Shown here piece after piece: positions 27,714-37,088 of a DNA stretch of 64,000 nucleotides. The position numbers were made by a program, and so were the translations under genes. This stretch comes from Escherichia phage ESCO5, in the sequence record NC_047776.2; one strand, written 5' to 3'. The notes beneath the pieces are model-generated. The model searched no databases. It was not told the DNA's origin and saw nothing but the letters and a program-made list of their open reading frames with translations. Numbering within the stretch: the first letter of the stretch is position 1; every line of letters starts with the position of its first letter.

Positions 27714-28504
27714 TTTTTAGCACCTACTTTAACAACCCACTCTCCGAACTCTTCAGATAAGAGTTTGTCATAAAGCTCTGAATCTGTCAAGTCTAAATCT
27801 TTAATGCCAATAAAACCAACATTATCATAAGCATTTGCCAGTTCTTTCAGGAAGCCAAACTTCTCATTACCAACGCCAACCATGAACCAATAAATAGGTT
27901 TATTCTTATTCTCTTCAATAAGACGACGAACAGCACTAGGATCACCATTCTCACCATCCGTCTGGAAGAATACAACACCAGGGGTAACGTCAGCACCTGG
28001 TTCAGACACAGCTACAACCTTTTCACGCTCTACAGATACTGTTTCAGTTTTACCAAGCAGACGATTAAAGAAGCCTTTCTTTGGAGCCTCTTCTTGTACC
28101 ACTTGTTTAGTGGTAATATATTTGGTAACAGTGCCAAAATACTCATCGTAGATATCTGCCATTACAGGGGCGTAATTTGTTCCACCTCCGATACGAACAT
28201 TACGCATACATTTACCAACATAGTCATCGTAAACGTCTGCTGTTGCTGGAGTAAGCTCTTGGGAACTCGTATTGAAGGCCCACATATCAATTTGTTGATT
28301 ATCGTCGAACAGCATACCAAAAGGAAGCAGTTTACCTACAAAATCACTCACTACCCCACTAGAATATAGACCATGCATACTACCAGAAATATCTAGAGCA
28401 CATGCTACACGAAGAACAATCTTACCTTCATTCAGGTTCTTATTCTTTTTCAGAGAGAAAGCAAGGTTTTCTTGACGTTTTTTCAGGCTGATTTTATCGG
28501 ACAT
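27710..28504 (-). CDS. TerD-N-terminal motif plus von Willebrand factor A domain protein (TerY/TerF-like)
   Basis: 264 aa; N-terminus MSDKISLKK as in TerD; vWA MIDAS motif LDISGSM, then GGGTNY and FFQTDGENGD. Confidence 0.7.
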   Translation of the reverse strand: MSDKISLKKRQENLAFSLKKNKNLNEGKIVLRVACALDISGSMHGLYSSGVVSDFVGKLLPFGMLFDDNQQIDMWAFNTSSQELTPATADVYDDYVGKCMRNVRIGGGTNYAPVMADIYDEYFGTVTKYITTKQVVQEEAPKKGFFNRLLGKTETVSVEREKVVAVSEPGADVTPGVVFFQTDGENGDPSAVRRLIEENKNKPIYWFMVGVGNEKFGFLKELANAYDNVGFIGIKDLDLTDSELYDKLLSEEFGEWVVKVGAKK

Positions 28505-28505
28505 A

Positions 28506-28784
28506 TTATTTCTCCTTCTTAAGTGTAATGTTGGTAACTTCTAAATCTACTTCCACCATATTTGTATCTGGCGGGATGCAATGAGTATAGCCTCGTTGTG
28601 CTAGTGATCCATTAATACAAATCGCACTGTTTGTGGAATTTTTAATGAACACCAAGTTACGGTAGGTATCCAACCCTGCGTCTTCATAGGCATCATAATA
28701 CATGAATGTGTCCCCTACGTCAAGATCTTCGAAAGCAATAGGTAAATCCTGACCTTTTTCTTCTTGAATATTGAATCTAAACAC
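28506..28784 (-). CDS. small protein, paralog of 27215-27484, sits directly upstream of the TerD-vWA gene
   Basis: Start placed at the GTG 5 nt after GAGGAGG so that the product aligns with the paralog (VFRFNIQEE vs MLNFEIDEQ); track ORF extends to 28850. Confidence 0.45.
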   Translation of the reverse strand: MFRFNIQEEKGQDLPIAFEDLDVGDTFMYYDAYEDAGLDTYRNLVFIKNSTNSAICINGSLAQRGYTHCIPPDTNMVEVDLEVTNITLKKEK

Positions 28785-29340
28785 GCATACCTCCTCTACC
28801 AATTTTGAAGCCCAAATCGTAAGCTTCCTTAGTAATCTTTTGTAACTCACTTATAGGAAGTGTTACAAGAGGATCATCTTCTTCAATTTCCATCTTGTCA
28901 TCTTCTGTTTCAATGAGAGTATTATGCACTTTGTGATAAGGGTTGTCAACACGTTTAAACTTATTCTTTTCTGTGCTGAAAAAACAATCTGGATCTTCTT
29001 CACCATCACCCCAACCTTGATTAGGATCTCCGTCAGATTGTTCTGTAGGGATTTCACCTGTAAAGTACTCTTCCAGCACCATAGCAATACCGTCCCTTGG
29101 ATTTGAGGAATGCATTAAATCACAAACCTTACCCCAATCCATAGCCCATTCGAACCGTTCACGAACGCCATTTTCATCCTCTTTTCCAGAGAAAACACAA
29201 CCATAACTATCATAGTTGCCATACATCTCTTCAATAACAACACCGTCTTTCAAAAGAAAGAGGTAGCAAGGTGATCCGTCGAAAGAAGTAGAAAGGGCAG
29301 CTTTGCCCGATTCTTTGCACAAAAAACTAAAACAACCCAT
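28777..29340 (-). CDS. hypothetical acidic protein
   Basis: 187-aa ORF, Asp/Glu-rich centre. Confidence 0.5.
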   Translation of the reverse strand: MGCFSFLCKESGKAALSTSFDGSPCYLFLLKDGVVIEEMYGNYDSYGCVFSGKEDENGVRERFEWAMDWGKVCDLMHSSNPRDGIAMVLEEYFTGEIPTEQSDGDPNQGWGDGEEDPDCFFSTEKNKFKRVDNPYHKVHNTLIETEDDKMEIEEDDPLVTLPISELQKITKEAYDLGFKIGRGGMRV

Positions 29341-29543
29341 TACAAACCCTCCTTCAGATTATCAAGAGCTACAGTGGTTTCACAAAATTCTCCATAAGCT
29401 TTATGATGTTCCAGAAAAGCTTCGGGTCCACCCCAGTCATTATCTTGTGTATTCCAACCATCAATAAAAGCATCTTCAATGATTGTGATCAGTTCTTGTC
29501 GGGTTAACTGGATAATATTAGGATCGTTATCGTAGTTAAACAT
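29340..29543 (-). CDS. hypothetical protein
   Basis: 67-aa ORF; stop overlaps the next start. Confidence 0.45.
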   Translation of the reverse strand: MFNYDNDPNIIQLTRQELITIIEDAFIDGWNTQDNDWGGPEAFLEHHKAYGEFCETTVALDNLKEGL

Positions 29544-29709
29544 CTTCTTCCTCCTCTAAAATATGAAACCCGTAATTACAATAGTCCTGAAAGGTTTCGT
29601 GCGCAAGATCTTCTATATCCTCTTGAGACATATCATCTTCAATTTCGATATCCACAACCTCATTGCATCCACACCAAGCAGTTTCAATATTCACTCGTAA
29701 TATTTTCAT
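29536..29709 (-). CDS. hypothetical small Cys-containing protein (below the ORF-track cutoff)
   Basis: 57 codons (MKILRVNIETAWCGCNEVVD...); TAATG overlap with the upstream stop. Confidence 0.3.
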   Translation of the reverse strand: MKILRVNIETAWCGCNEVVDIEIEDDMSQEDIEDLAHETFQDYCNYGFHILEEEEDV

Positions 29710-29906
29710 TACTCCTCCTCCTCATTGAAGTCAATATCTGCAAGGAGTTCGAATTTACGGAAGTTACGACAACCTTCATAAATATAACAATCACGACAAA
29801 CTGCTAGAACACTTGGGGGATATATGCCTCCCATCGGTGCGAATCGTTTTTCGTCATCATAACGGACACCAATGTCTTCATCAATTATATAGATACGGAT
29901 TCTCAT
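29709..29906 (-). CDS. hypothetical protein
   Basis: 65-aa ORF, Cys-rich. Confidence 0.45.
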   Translation of the reverse strand: MRIRIYIIDEDIGVRYDDEKRFAPMGGIYPPSVLAVCRDCYIYEGCRNFRKFELLADIDFNEEEE

Positions 29907-31015
29907 TTACCAAGCCCTCGTTTCACAGCAGCTACCATCCCGTCTTCCAGAGATTGAACTTCATTAATATAATCAACACGAGCAGCACGGGCTTCCGTAT
30001 TGATGCGGTTAGTTTCTTCCAACATCTTAACCAAGTTTTCCTGATCGTGACGCAGAGTTTCAATATCCAACACTTGACGGTTAGCCAGTGCTGCTGCTTC
30101 GATCTGATTCTGTGTGGCAAGATCGCTACCTAGTTTAATTGCCAGGTTAAATTCATCAAGAACGTTATTCTGCGTCTCTGCTGCTTTCATTTGACGTAAG
30201 CTCTCGATATACATTGAGAAGTTAGCAGAGTAAGCAGGAATAACATTATTTACTATGTTACGCGCAGATCGCATTAAGCTTGCAGAAACTTTTTGCATAC
30301 CTTGTACACGCGGTCCCATTTGGACACACAGTAGGCGCAACGCCTTTAAATCTGCAATACGAATCTCCAGGAGATCCAAAGTATCTCGGATCACTTGTCG
30401 CTGTTCTACGGCATCTTCTGGAAGAGCAGCCAAAGCTTGTTCTTCTTTTTCATAGGTTGCTGTTAGAAGCTGCATATCTCGGTTCAAACTTGCAGCATAT
30501 TGTCCAATAGCTTGGTGTAGCTTTTCAAGATATACCAAGGAATCTTCTTCTTTGCGAATATCCATTTGAAGGTTCTTTACCAACTCTTCAATACGGTTAT
30601 TAACATTATCAAACTCCCCAAACAGGTCTTCTTTCATACCCATAACTTTTTTAATGAGTTTAGTAATACCCTTGCTTTGTTTAATAGAGTTTGGATCAAG
30701 TTGTTTTGCCTGTTTAATCAAGGCTGTGAGTCGTTCACTCATCTGATCGCCTTGATTACTACGTTGATGTTTTAACACCTCGGCATTCAAGGAACGCAAG
30801 GTTGTTCCTGCCTCTGCCCCAATCTCTTCGATCTCTTGTCGGGTCATAGAAGGTAAAACTGGAACTTCTTGCGGTGCTGCTGGTGCATAAACAGGACTGG
30901 CATCTAACACACTTGGAGCAAATACAGATTTACTTGCATCTGTTGTTGCAGCGAATACACTCATTTCAGACTTCTTCTGACCACCAGTAGCTGCTTTTAA
31001 AAATGGACTTGTCAT
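29903..31015 (-). CDS. TelA-like (toxic anion resistance family) helical protein, tentative
   Basis: 370 aa, predicted long helical/coiled-coil protein with Pro/Ala-rich N-terminus; size, architecture and Ter-gene context suggest TelA/KlaA; PspA-like is an alternative. Confidence 0.4.
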   Translation of the reverse strand: MTSPFLKAATGGQKKSEMSVFAATTDASKSVFAPSVLDASPVYAPAAPQEVPVLPSMTRQEIEEIGAEAGTTLRSLNAEVLKHQRSNQGDQMSERLTALIKQAKQLDPNSIKQSKGITKLIKKVMGMKEDLFGEFDNVNNRIEELVKNLQMDIRKEEDSLVYLEKLHQAIGQYAASLNRDMQLLTATYEKEEQALAALPEDAVEQRQVIRDTLDLLEIRIADLKALRLLCVQMGPRVQGMQKVSASLMRSARNIVNNVIPAYSANFSMYIESLRQMKAAETQNNVLDEFNLAIKLGSDLATQNQIEAAALANRQVLDIETLRHDQENLVKMLEETNRINTEARAARVDYINEVQSLEDGMVAAVKRGLGK

Positions 31016-31602
31016 TCTTCATTCTCCTCTTCTGCATCTCTTATATATGGTGAAACACCGTACTCTTTAGCTACTTTAACCCAATCATCCCATTTATACA
31101 ACCATAATTTTCCTTCAGTTCCTTCTTTATCTGATTTCAACCACATGTTAGGTTGCTTGCCTGGGTACATGCGATTAGGTTTACGATTATAACCTCTAAC
31201 ACATCTTGTCGCAAACCTATCTACCAGAACAAGAACATATTTATATTCGTGGTTCAACGGCTCTTTGGAAGTGGCTTTAGGATTAGCTCCTAATTCTGCT
31301 GCCAGTTTTTGCCAATGAGCACCGTGTCTACTAAACTTACCCATACAACCATCAATAGCATGAGCAATTTCGTGCTTCATTGTATCCACGATCATATCTC
31401 TTGTAGAGTTCTTATGCAAGTGCCAATTTACAACAACAATTTTATCTCGGTAGTTGCACCAACCGAAAGAGTTATTAACTTTGTTTCTAACACAAGCTTT
31501 ATATCCTGCTTCACGTAACATGTTGTAGTAAACAGGAAAATCTTCTTTTATTTCCTGCATCACTTCCCACCACAAGAGTTGCAAGTCTCTCTCGGTATGC
31601 AT
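31012..31602 (-). CDS. SprT-like zinc metallopeptidase domain protein
   Basis: 196 aa; HEIAHAI (HExxH) followed by a further His. Confidence 0.45.
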   Translation of the reverse strand: MHTERDLQLLWWEVMQEIKEDFPVYYNMLREAGYKACVRNKVNNSFGWCNYRDKIVVVNWHLHKNSTRDMIVDTMKHEIAHAIDGCMGKFSRHGAHWQKLAAELGANPKATSKEPLNHEYKYVLVLVDRFATRCVRGYNRKPNRMYPGKQPNMWLKSDKEGTEGKLWLYKWDDWVKVAKEYGVSPYIRDAEEENEE

Positions 31603-31605
31603 AAC

Positions 31606-32199
31606 TTACACCTTAAAAGCGAAATGCGTGGTCGTGGCTTCAAAATCAGGGCCAGATAAACTTGCACTGAAATCTGAAATATTTGTAATTAAAAAGCTTT
31701 TATGCATACCTAACACAGCCACGCTTTCAATATCTTCTACTAACATTTCAATCATGTTAGAAACATGGCTGAACGTAGAGTTTTGTTTTTTGATGGTGTA
31801 GAAAGAAAGATTCCCACCTGCTATATAAGACACCTCTTCAAAATCTTTAATCGTATATTGTGTGCCATCAGTAAAGAAAATGGTAGCTTTATTAGTAGCA
31901 CGTTTCTTGTTTTTTGGTCCTTTTTTACGTTTACTGCGAGTAGGCAAACCGTTTGGAAATACCGTAGCTACAAATTCTTCAGGAGAAACCTCCTTACCGA
32001 AATCATAACCGTAAGAAACAGCGTCTATAAACTCGTCGTCTTCATTTTTAAAATAATGAAAATAGGGCCAATTTGAGAGATTATCGAGCATCTTATGCTC
32101 ATCCACAGCAGAGAACGTATCCCTCAAAGCACGTGTGATTTGCAAAGCATTAGGCAAACTTTTAACACCTGTAATGGAAGTACGAATAGAAATTGTCAT
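31606..32199 (-). CDS. hypothetical protein
   Basis: 197-aa ORF. Confidence 0.5.
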   Translation of the reverse strand: MTISIRTSITGVKSLPNALQITRALRDTFSAVDEHKMLDNLSNWPYFHYFKNEDDEFIDAVSYGYDFGKEVSPEEFVATVFPNGLPTRSKRKKGPKNKKRATNKATIFFTDGTQYTIKDFEEVSYIAGGNLSFYTIKKQNSTFSHVSNMIEMLVEDIESVAVLGMHKSFLITNISDFSASLSGPDFEATTTHFAFKV

Positions 32200-32213
32200 T
32201 GTTTTTCTCCTTA

Positions 32214-32651
32214 TTAACGTCGCTTGCTACGAGATGAACTCTTTTTACTTAAAGGACTATTGTAAGATTTACGAGTTGTATAGCTACTATTTGTTTTAAA
32301 AGTTTGTCTCGGCTTTTCATAAGTTTTTATCTCTTGTTTAGGCTTACTATAAAAATTAGTTTTCGGTTTAGGTGTATTATAATGCTTATTAATAATCGTT
32401 CTGTTATCGTTATAATCCCCACTGCTACGATTACTACCGCCACTCATCATATGCCCTAACAACATACCTGTAGCAAACTCACCAACACCGCTACTACTAG
32501 AACCGCCACCATTGTTGATAATAGTTGTATCTCCGTCAGATCCTTGTTGAGCGTATTGTTGAGGAGGTTGTTGGTATTGTGCAGGATTTGTTTCATCCTC
32601 GCAAGCTGTTAAAAAGATACAACCAATTAAAATCAGGGCTAGTTTTTTCAT
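32214..32651 (-). CDS. putative lipoprotein, Gln/Gly/Ser-rich with basic C-terminus
   Basis: Start placed at MKKLALILIGCIFLTAC (signal peptide with lipobox LTAC); track ORF extends to 32726. Confidence 0.5.
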   Translation of the reverse strand: MKKLALILIGCIFLTACEDETNPAQYQQPPQQYAQQGSDGDTTIINNGGGSSSSGVGEFATGMLLGHMMSGGSNRSSGDYNDNRTIINKHYNTPKPKTNFYSKPKQEIKTYEKPRQTFKTNSSYTTRKSYNSPLSKKSSSRSKRR

Positions 32652-32838
32652 ATTTGCTTTCCTCGTTTTGGCTATTAATACATCTGTGTTTGAAATCTCC
32701 AGAGAAGCAATAAAGTTGCTCTCCATCTCGGTATAAACTCACTTTACTGCCGTTGATTACGCTTGTCAATACAAAAATTACAACAAACAACCCTATTGCA
32801 AAACAAATATTTTCAAACACAACCAACAAGTATTTCAT
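32593..32838 (-). CDS. hypothetical small membrane protein
   Basis: 81-aa ORF with a hydrophobic N-terminal segment; overlaps the lipoprotein start by about 58 nt, so uncertain. Confidence 0.3.
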   Translation of the reverse strand: MKYLLVVFENICFAIGLFVVIFVLTSVINGSKVSLYRDGEQLYCFSGDFKHRCINSQNEESKYEKTSPDFNWLYLFNSLRG

Positions 32839-33185
32839 TTTAAAAATACCTCATCATCAGTTTCATTATCCCAGAAGAACAAGTCCCAACCATTCGGATC
32901 ATTCCATTTAGCTGCTGGAGAAGTCCATATTTGCTCGATATCAATATTCAAAACTTCACCGTTTCGTTTTGAAACAGCTTTAGTTAATTCCCAACGGGAT
33001 ACAGGCTCCACTTCCCCTGAACCACTCCCACAACAAGCTACCACATTAGGAGGCAAATTAATTGGATCTTTGGTCACAATCATAACGCTTACCCCAGGGT
33101 AAACTTTTGAAAGATAATCTAAAACGTAATCCACATCACCAGATAAATCCCAAACAAGTTCTTGAATTTCATCAAAATTATTCAT
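32835..33185 (-). CDS. hypothetical acidic protein
   Basis: 116-aa ORF with RBS AGGAGAG. Confidence 0.5.
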   Translation of the reverse strand: MNNFDEIQELVWDLSGDVDYVLDYLSKVYPGVSVMIVTKDPINLPPNVVACCGSGSGEVEPVSRWELTKAVSKRNGEVLNIDIEQIWTSPAAKWNDPNGWDLFFWDNETDDEVFLK

Positions 33186-33191
33186 AAGTCT

Positions 33192-33222
33192 CTCCTATAA
33201 AATAGCCTCCCGAAGGAGGCTC
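33192..33222 (-). terminator. terminator-like hairpin after terC
   Basis: gcctccttcgggaggc followed by tattttata on the - strand. Confidence 0.4.
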
Positions 33223-33227
33223 ATCTA

Positions 33228-34202
33228 TTAAACAGCAGCTTCTTCTTTTTCAGGGAAGATAAAGCTTGCAATAACACCAAGAGATAATGTGCCTAGAACA
33301 ATCATCAGACTTACGTTAGGGGAAATATCATGCGGGAGGAATGACCACTTGGCATGAAGTGTTTCACCGAACGGGTGATACATAAGTTTAGCACCAACAA
33401 ACACCAGAACCACAGCAACAGCTTTCTCTAAGTGAACCAGATATTTCACAGCTACACTTAACACAAAGAAAAGTGCACGTAAACCAAGAACAGCCATCAG
33501 CATTGCAGAATAAACTAGCAGAGGTTCTTGTGTCACACCGATTACAGCCGGAACTGAATCAAAAGAGAAGACAATATCTGTAAGCTCAATAACAAACACA
33601 CAAAGAAGAGCAGGAGTTGCATATTTAATACCATTCTTAATGGTAATGAACTTTTCACCATCTAGTGCATTGTGCACAGGCAGAACTTTACCTACTAAAC
33701 GAACAGCCCAATGCTTAGAGTAATCAATATCCTCTTCTTCGTCACCACCTTTGATGATAGCCACGGCAGACCAAGCTACAATCAAACCGAACAACACTTG
33801 GACCGACCAATGAAGGTTAAACAAAGCGGTCCCTGCTGCAACAAAAATACCTCGGAAGACAATGGCTCCTGCAATCCCCCAAAGTAAAATCTTATGTTGA
33901 AGATGTGTGCTCTTAATTCCAAAGCTTGCAAAAATTGCCATGAATACCATCAGGTTATCTACAGAAAGACTCTTTTCCAACACATAGCCACTTAGGAAAA
34001 GCGCGGCAAACTCTTTACCATGTTCTACCCAAATGAATGCGTAATATCCTAAAGCTAAAGCAATCCAAAAAACAGACCAAAGCAAAGCAGATTTAATTCC
34101 AATTTCTTTATTCTCTTTATGACCAAAGAAATCGATACCAATAGACAATGCCAAAATACCAACTAAAACAACTACATCAATAATTGGGAAACCGAGTTGC
34201 AT
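33228..34202 (-). CDS. terC: TerC-family integral membrane protein
   Basis: 324 aa, multi-pass hydrophobic; twin signatures EKSLSVDNLMVF and DIVFSFDSVPAV typical of the TerC family. Confidence 0.75.
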   Translation of the reverse strand: MQLGFPIIDVVVLVGILALSIGIDFFGHKENKEIGIKSALLWSVFWIALALGYYAFIWVEHGKEFAALFLSGYVLEKSLSVDNLMVFMAIFASFGIKSTHLQHKILLWGIAGAIVFRGIFVAAGTALFNLHWSVQVLFGLIVAWSAVAIIKGGDEEEDIDYSKHWAVRLVGKVLPVHNALDGEKFITIKNGIKYATPALLCVFVIELTDIVFSFDSVPAVIGVTQEPLLVYSAMLMAVLGLRALFFVLSVAVKYLVHLEKAVAVVLVFVGAKLMYHPFGETLHAKWSFLPHDISPNVSLMIVLGTLSLGVIASFIFPEKEEAAV

Positions 34203-34220
34203 TCTTTTCTCCTCTCTTTG

Positions 34221-34280
34221 CGGGGAACTATTCCCCGCTTCATTTGATATATATCTTACTCTTTTTAAGAACTATGTCAA
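34221..34280 (-). promoter_or_regulatory. promoter plus 5' stem-loop cassette upstream of terC
   Basis: On the - strand: TTGACA (34280-34275), -10-like TAAGAT/TATATA, then hairpin gcggggaa-cta-ttccccgc, RBS and ATG at 34202. Confidence 0.45.
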
Positions 34281-34283
34281 CAC

Positions 34284-34505
34284 TTATTTTGTTGAATGAG
34301 AGGAAAAGATTCCTCGTAATACCGCCAGAATAAACGAAACACAAACCACGGTCCAGAAGGTTACTGGGACAGTGATATCTGCATGACCCATAACTTCAGC
34401 AACATAGTTGTAAGCCAGCAACAGTAACCAAGCTGGAATCAAACTAAGCATAAAAGCAATAACAAAAAAGCTTACCACCGCAATAATACCTGCAAAAACA
34501 CCCAT
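34284..34505 (-). CDS. small membrane protein
   Basis: 73 aa with two or three hydrophobic helices. Confidence 0.5.
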   Translation of the reverse strand: MGVFAGIIAVVSFFVIAFMLSLIPAWLLLLAYNYVAEVMGHADITVPVTFWTVVCVSFILAVLRGIFSSHSTK

Positions 34506-34517
34506 ACTAATCTCCTC

Positions 34518-34991
34518 TTAAAGTTTATAAATAGTCACATCGTGACCTGTTTTTACTAAAGTTTCTTCAATCATCACTTGGATGATAGCCCAATTACCTC
34601 CAGCATATCCAGCGCCAATCATAGGTAAGCCGATCTTACATTTTTGGTCACGGAGAAGCACATCATTAGCCATAGCTATTAGTGCATCGTAAAGTGCATC
34701 ATAGTCCAACTGACGACCTTTAGCATTGTATCCGTAACGGTATTGCCCGTATAGATTATATACCAAAGGGTCTGATTGTTCGTCTGGCACCCCTAAACTA
34801 AAAGAACCTAACTTACTTTGATCACCAGCCATTGTGTCTAAATCTGCCGCATATGCATAAGGGAATGCTCGTTTAATTTGCGGAGCAATTCCTGCCCCCA
34901 TATTACACATACAATTGCAACAATGAGCAATAACAGTTACTTCACCTGCTTTAGCGGCATCAATAAGATTACCTGTTTTCATTTTAAGCAT
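34518..34991 (-). CDS. macro-domain-like protein (ADP-ribose binding/processing), tentative
   Basis: Start placed at the ATG after AAGGAG (track ORF extends to 35057); IAHCCNCMCNMGAGIA and GLPMIGAGYAGG resemble macro-domain signature segments. Confidence 0.4.
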   Translation of the reverse strand: MLKMKTGNLIDAAKAGEVTVIAHCCNCMCNMGAGIAPQIKRAFPYAYAADLDTMAGDQSKLGSFSLGVPDEQSDPLVYNLYGQYRYGYNAKGRQLDYDALYDALIAMANDVLLRDQKCKIGLPMIGAGYAGGNWAIIQVMIEETLVKTGHDVTIYKL

Positions 34992-35004
34992 TTTTAGCTC
35001 CTTA

Positions 35005-35832
35005 TTACAGAATGTGTTGTTTTGTGTAACGATCCAAGAATTCAAAGTTTTCAGCATACTTTGAAATTCGGTTGTAACCTTCTCCCAAACATCCGAAGAA
35101 AAGTTGCTCTACATAGTAGTGTGGCAATTGGCTAAGAATGATTTTGAAGTCTTCGTGATTTTGGCCCATAAGATACTTAATAGGACGAACAAGACACTGT
35201 GCATCACGTTCTTCATTAATCATTTTAACAAACGCTTCTGGTGTATTGATATAGTTAAAATTCAGTTTAGCTTCAGTATCTGCTTGATTACCTTCATATT
35301 TTGCAAAATACAAGAAGTAAACATCATTTTTAACTTGATTTTCATCAAGAATCTCAATCAGTTTGTCTTCATGAGTTCCGGTGATATTTACATCATCAAT
35401 GAACACAAGCTTCTTATCACCCCAGAATTCTTTGTTGCAGTAGAATGTATCCCCATCAATAAGTTTCTTACGACTAGCTTTATCCAAGAAACCATAATCG
35501 TTGATATAGCTAACTTTACGATGAATAATATCCAGTTCTGCTGAACGACCTTGATCATATTGTGCTTGCAACATATTAAAGTAATTAATAAAATGATCTG
35601 TCATCATTGTTGCAGCATTGTGCACATGGTTATAAGGAGAAGGGATGATAACAAATTGTTCCCCAATATGTTTCATTGCCACTTGAGCAAAAAACTGAAG
35701 TACCAATTCTTTACCCATACGACGCGCAGCTTGGTTACTACCAAATTTCAATTTTGAATAGTCTTTGATATCAAAAGTAGCAGTTTCCAGGTCATCAAAT
35801 TTATTTGCAAAAATTTGAGTTTGATTACGCAT
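35005..35832 (-). CDS. phosphoribosyltransferase-like protein (type I PRTase fold)
   Basis: 275 aa; KKLVFIDDVNITGTHEDKL matches the PRPP-binding motif (hydrophobic-hydrophobic-D-D-hydrophobic-x-T-G-T). Confidence 0.5.
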   Translation of the reverse strand: MRNQTQIFANKFDDLETATFDIKDYSKLKFGSNQAARRMGKELVLQFFAQVAMKHIGEQFVIIPSPYNHVHNAATMMTDHFINYFNMLQAQYDQGRSAELDIIHRKVSYINDYGFLDKASRKKLIDGDTFYCNKEFWGDKKLVFIDDVNITGTHEDKLIEILDENQVKNDVYFLYFAKYEGNQADTEAKLNFNYINTPEAFVKMINEERDAQCLVRPIKYLMGQNHEDFKIILSQLPHYYVEQLFFGCLGEGYNRISKYAENFEFLDRYTKQHIL

Positions 35833-36481
35833 TTACAATTTCTCCTCTTTTAAGTTTCTCTAGTAAGTCGTTAGGGTTCTTAATATGACAGAAGTTAATC
35901 CCTATGTCAACACATTTACCATCAAATTCTTCGCTGTCCCCAACATGTAAAATCTCTTCAGCCTTCAAAGGAATGCTTGAATATGTGGCGGTCCTAACAA
36001 AGAATCTAGGATCTGGTTTACATAACAGATGTTCGTCTGAAAAATGCATAAATTCAAAACAATTCCAACTGTCGAACATACAAGCACGACGCAAAATATC
36101 CCCAGATATAAAATTAGTATTGCTTTTAATACTAAGATCATATTTACCAGACAAGTATAGCAAACAAACTGGCAAATCTAAAGCGATATGTGGAGGAAAT
36201 TTAAGAAACCATTGCTCACAATCAAAACGCATTTGTGCAGATTCTACAGGGGTTAAACCTATCTTTCTTCCCAACATATTCCATGCATATGCTACACCTT
36301 CTGCACACCCATTTAGTGCAGCATTATCCATAATTTCTTTGGCATCTTTATATGCTTCTTTTGCCGCACGTTCAGACATTCTACCATATGTAGCAATAGT
36401 GTGCGTACGTGCATCTGCATAGTTTTGATTGGCAGAAATAAGAGTATTCCATACATCAAAAGAAATATGTTTTATTGTCAT
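35825..36481 (-). CDS. HAD-superfamily hydrolase-like protein
   Basis: Start placed at MTIKHISFDVWNTL; motif I-like FDVWNTL (second Asp replaced, as in haloacid dehalogenases) and motif IV-like LHVGDSEEFD. Confidence 0.4.
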   Translation of the reverse strand: MTIKHISFDVWNTLISANQNYADARTHTIATYGRMSERAAKEAYKDAKEIMDNAALNGCAEGVAYAWNMLGRKIGLTPVESAQMRFDCEQWFLKFPPHIALDLPVCLLYLSGKYDLSIKSNTNFISGDILRRACMFDSWNCFEFMHFSDEHLLCKPDPRFFVRTATYSSIPLKAEEILHVGDSEEFDGKCVDIGINFCHIKNPNDLLEKLKRGEIVNA

Positions 36482-36482
36482 A

Positions 36483-37088
36483 CTAGGCCCACCACGCATC
36501 AAGATTTAAGTTACTGTCTACCACAACTTGTTCTATGTGGTAGCCTTTTATCTGTATCCCACTGTTCAAGAGCATATCATATGCTTCATTGAAACGCAAC
36601 TTATCTTCTGCGGAATATAAGCGAGCATTGTAAAATCGGTAATCAAGTTCTTCAGCATTAGAAGAAATACGGAAGAAGTTTGTTTCTACTTCAGGATCAC
36701 TTGCTGAAGTTTTAATGTGAACTTCTCCGTAATTTTCTTTGCTTAGATCCATGAAAAGAACACAGGCAACATGTTTAAACATTCGTTCCAGTTTGTAACG
36801 AACAACATTGAAACCTGCGTTCTCAAGTTTTTCTACACATTGCAACATTAACGTAGTGTCGAGATCGCTTTGATACTTTGTTAACATACGATCACGTTGA
36901 GACTTTGTATCCCGATGTAAATCAATTGTTGTGCATTTGGCACCAATGATCTTAGCTGCTTTCATCAACTCTTCAGAACTAACGTTAGATAAAGTAAGAT
37001 GAAAATGGGCTTTCCACACTTTTTTAGCAGGGACACCAAAAGATTTATCCCCACTATTCGGCATGTTGACTACTACACTATGTTGCAT
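36483..37088 (-). CDS. hypothetical protein
   Basis: 201-aa ORF. Confidence 0.5.
   Translation of the reverse strand: MQHSVVVNMPNSGDKSFGVPAKKVWKAHFHLTLSNVSSEELMKAAKIIGAKCTTIDLHRDTKSQRDRMLTKYQSDLDTTLMLQCVEKLENAGFNVVRYKLERMFKHVACVLFMDLSKENYGEVHIKTSASDPEVETNFFRISSNAEELDYRFYNARLYSAEDKLRFNEAYDMLLNSGIQIKGYHIEQVVVDSNLNLDAWWA

Noticed and set aside
34284-34505. Holin call for the 73-aa membrane protein.
   Set aside because: Size and hydrophobicity fit, but it lies in the Ter-like module next to terC with no adjacent endolysin; insufficient evidence.
36483-37088. 2H phosphoesterase (LigT-like) assignment for the 201-aa protein based on HFHLTL.
   Set aside because: Only one H-x-T-x motif is present; the second expected motif is absent (HIKT does not fit), so the call was not made.
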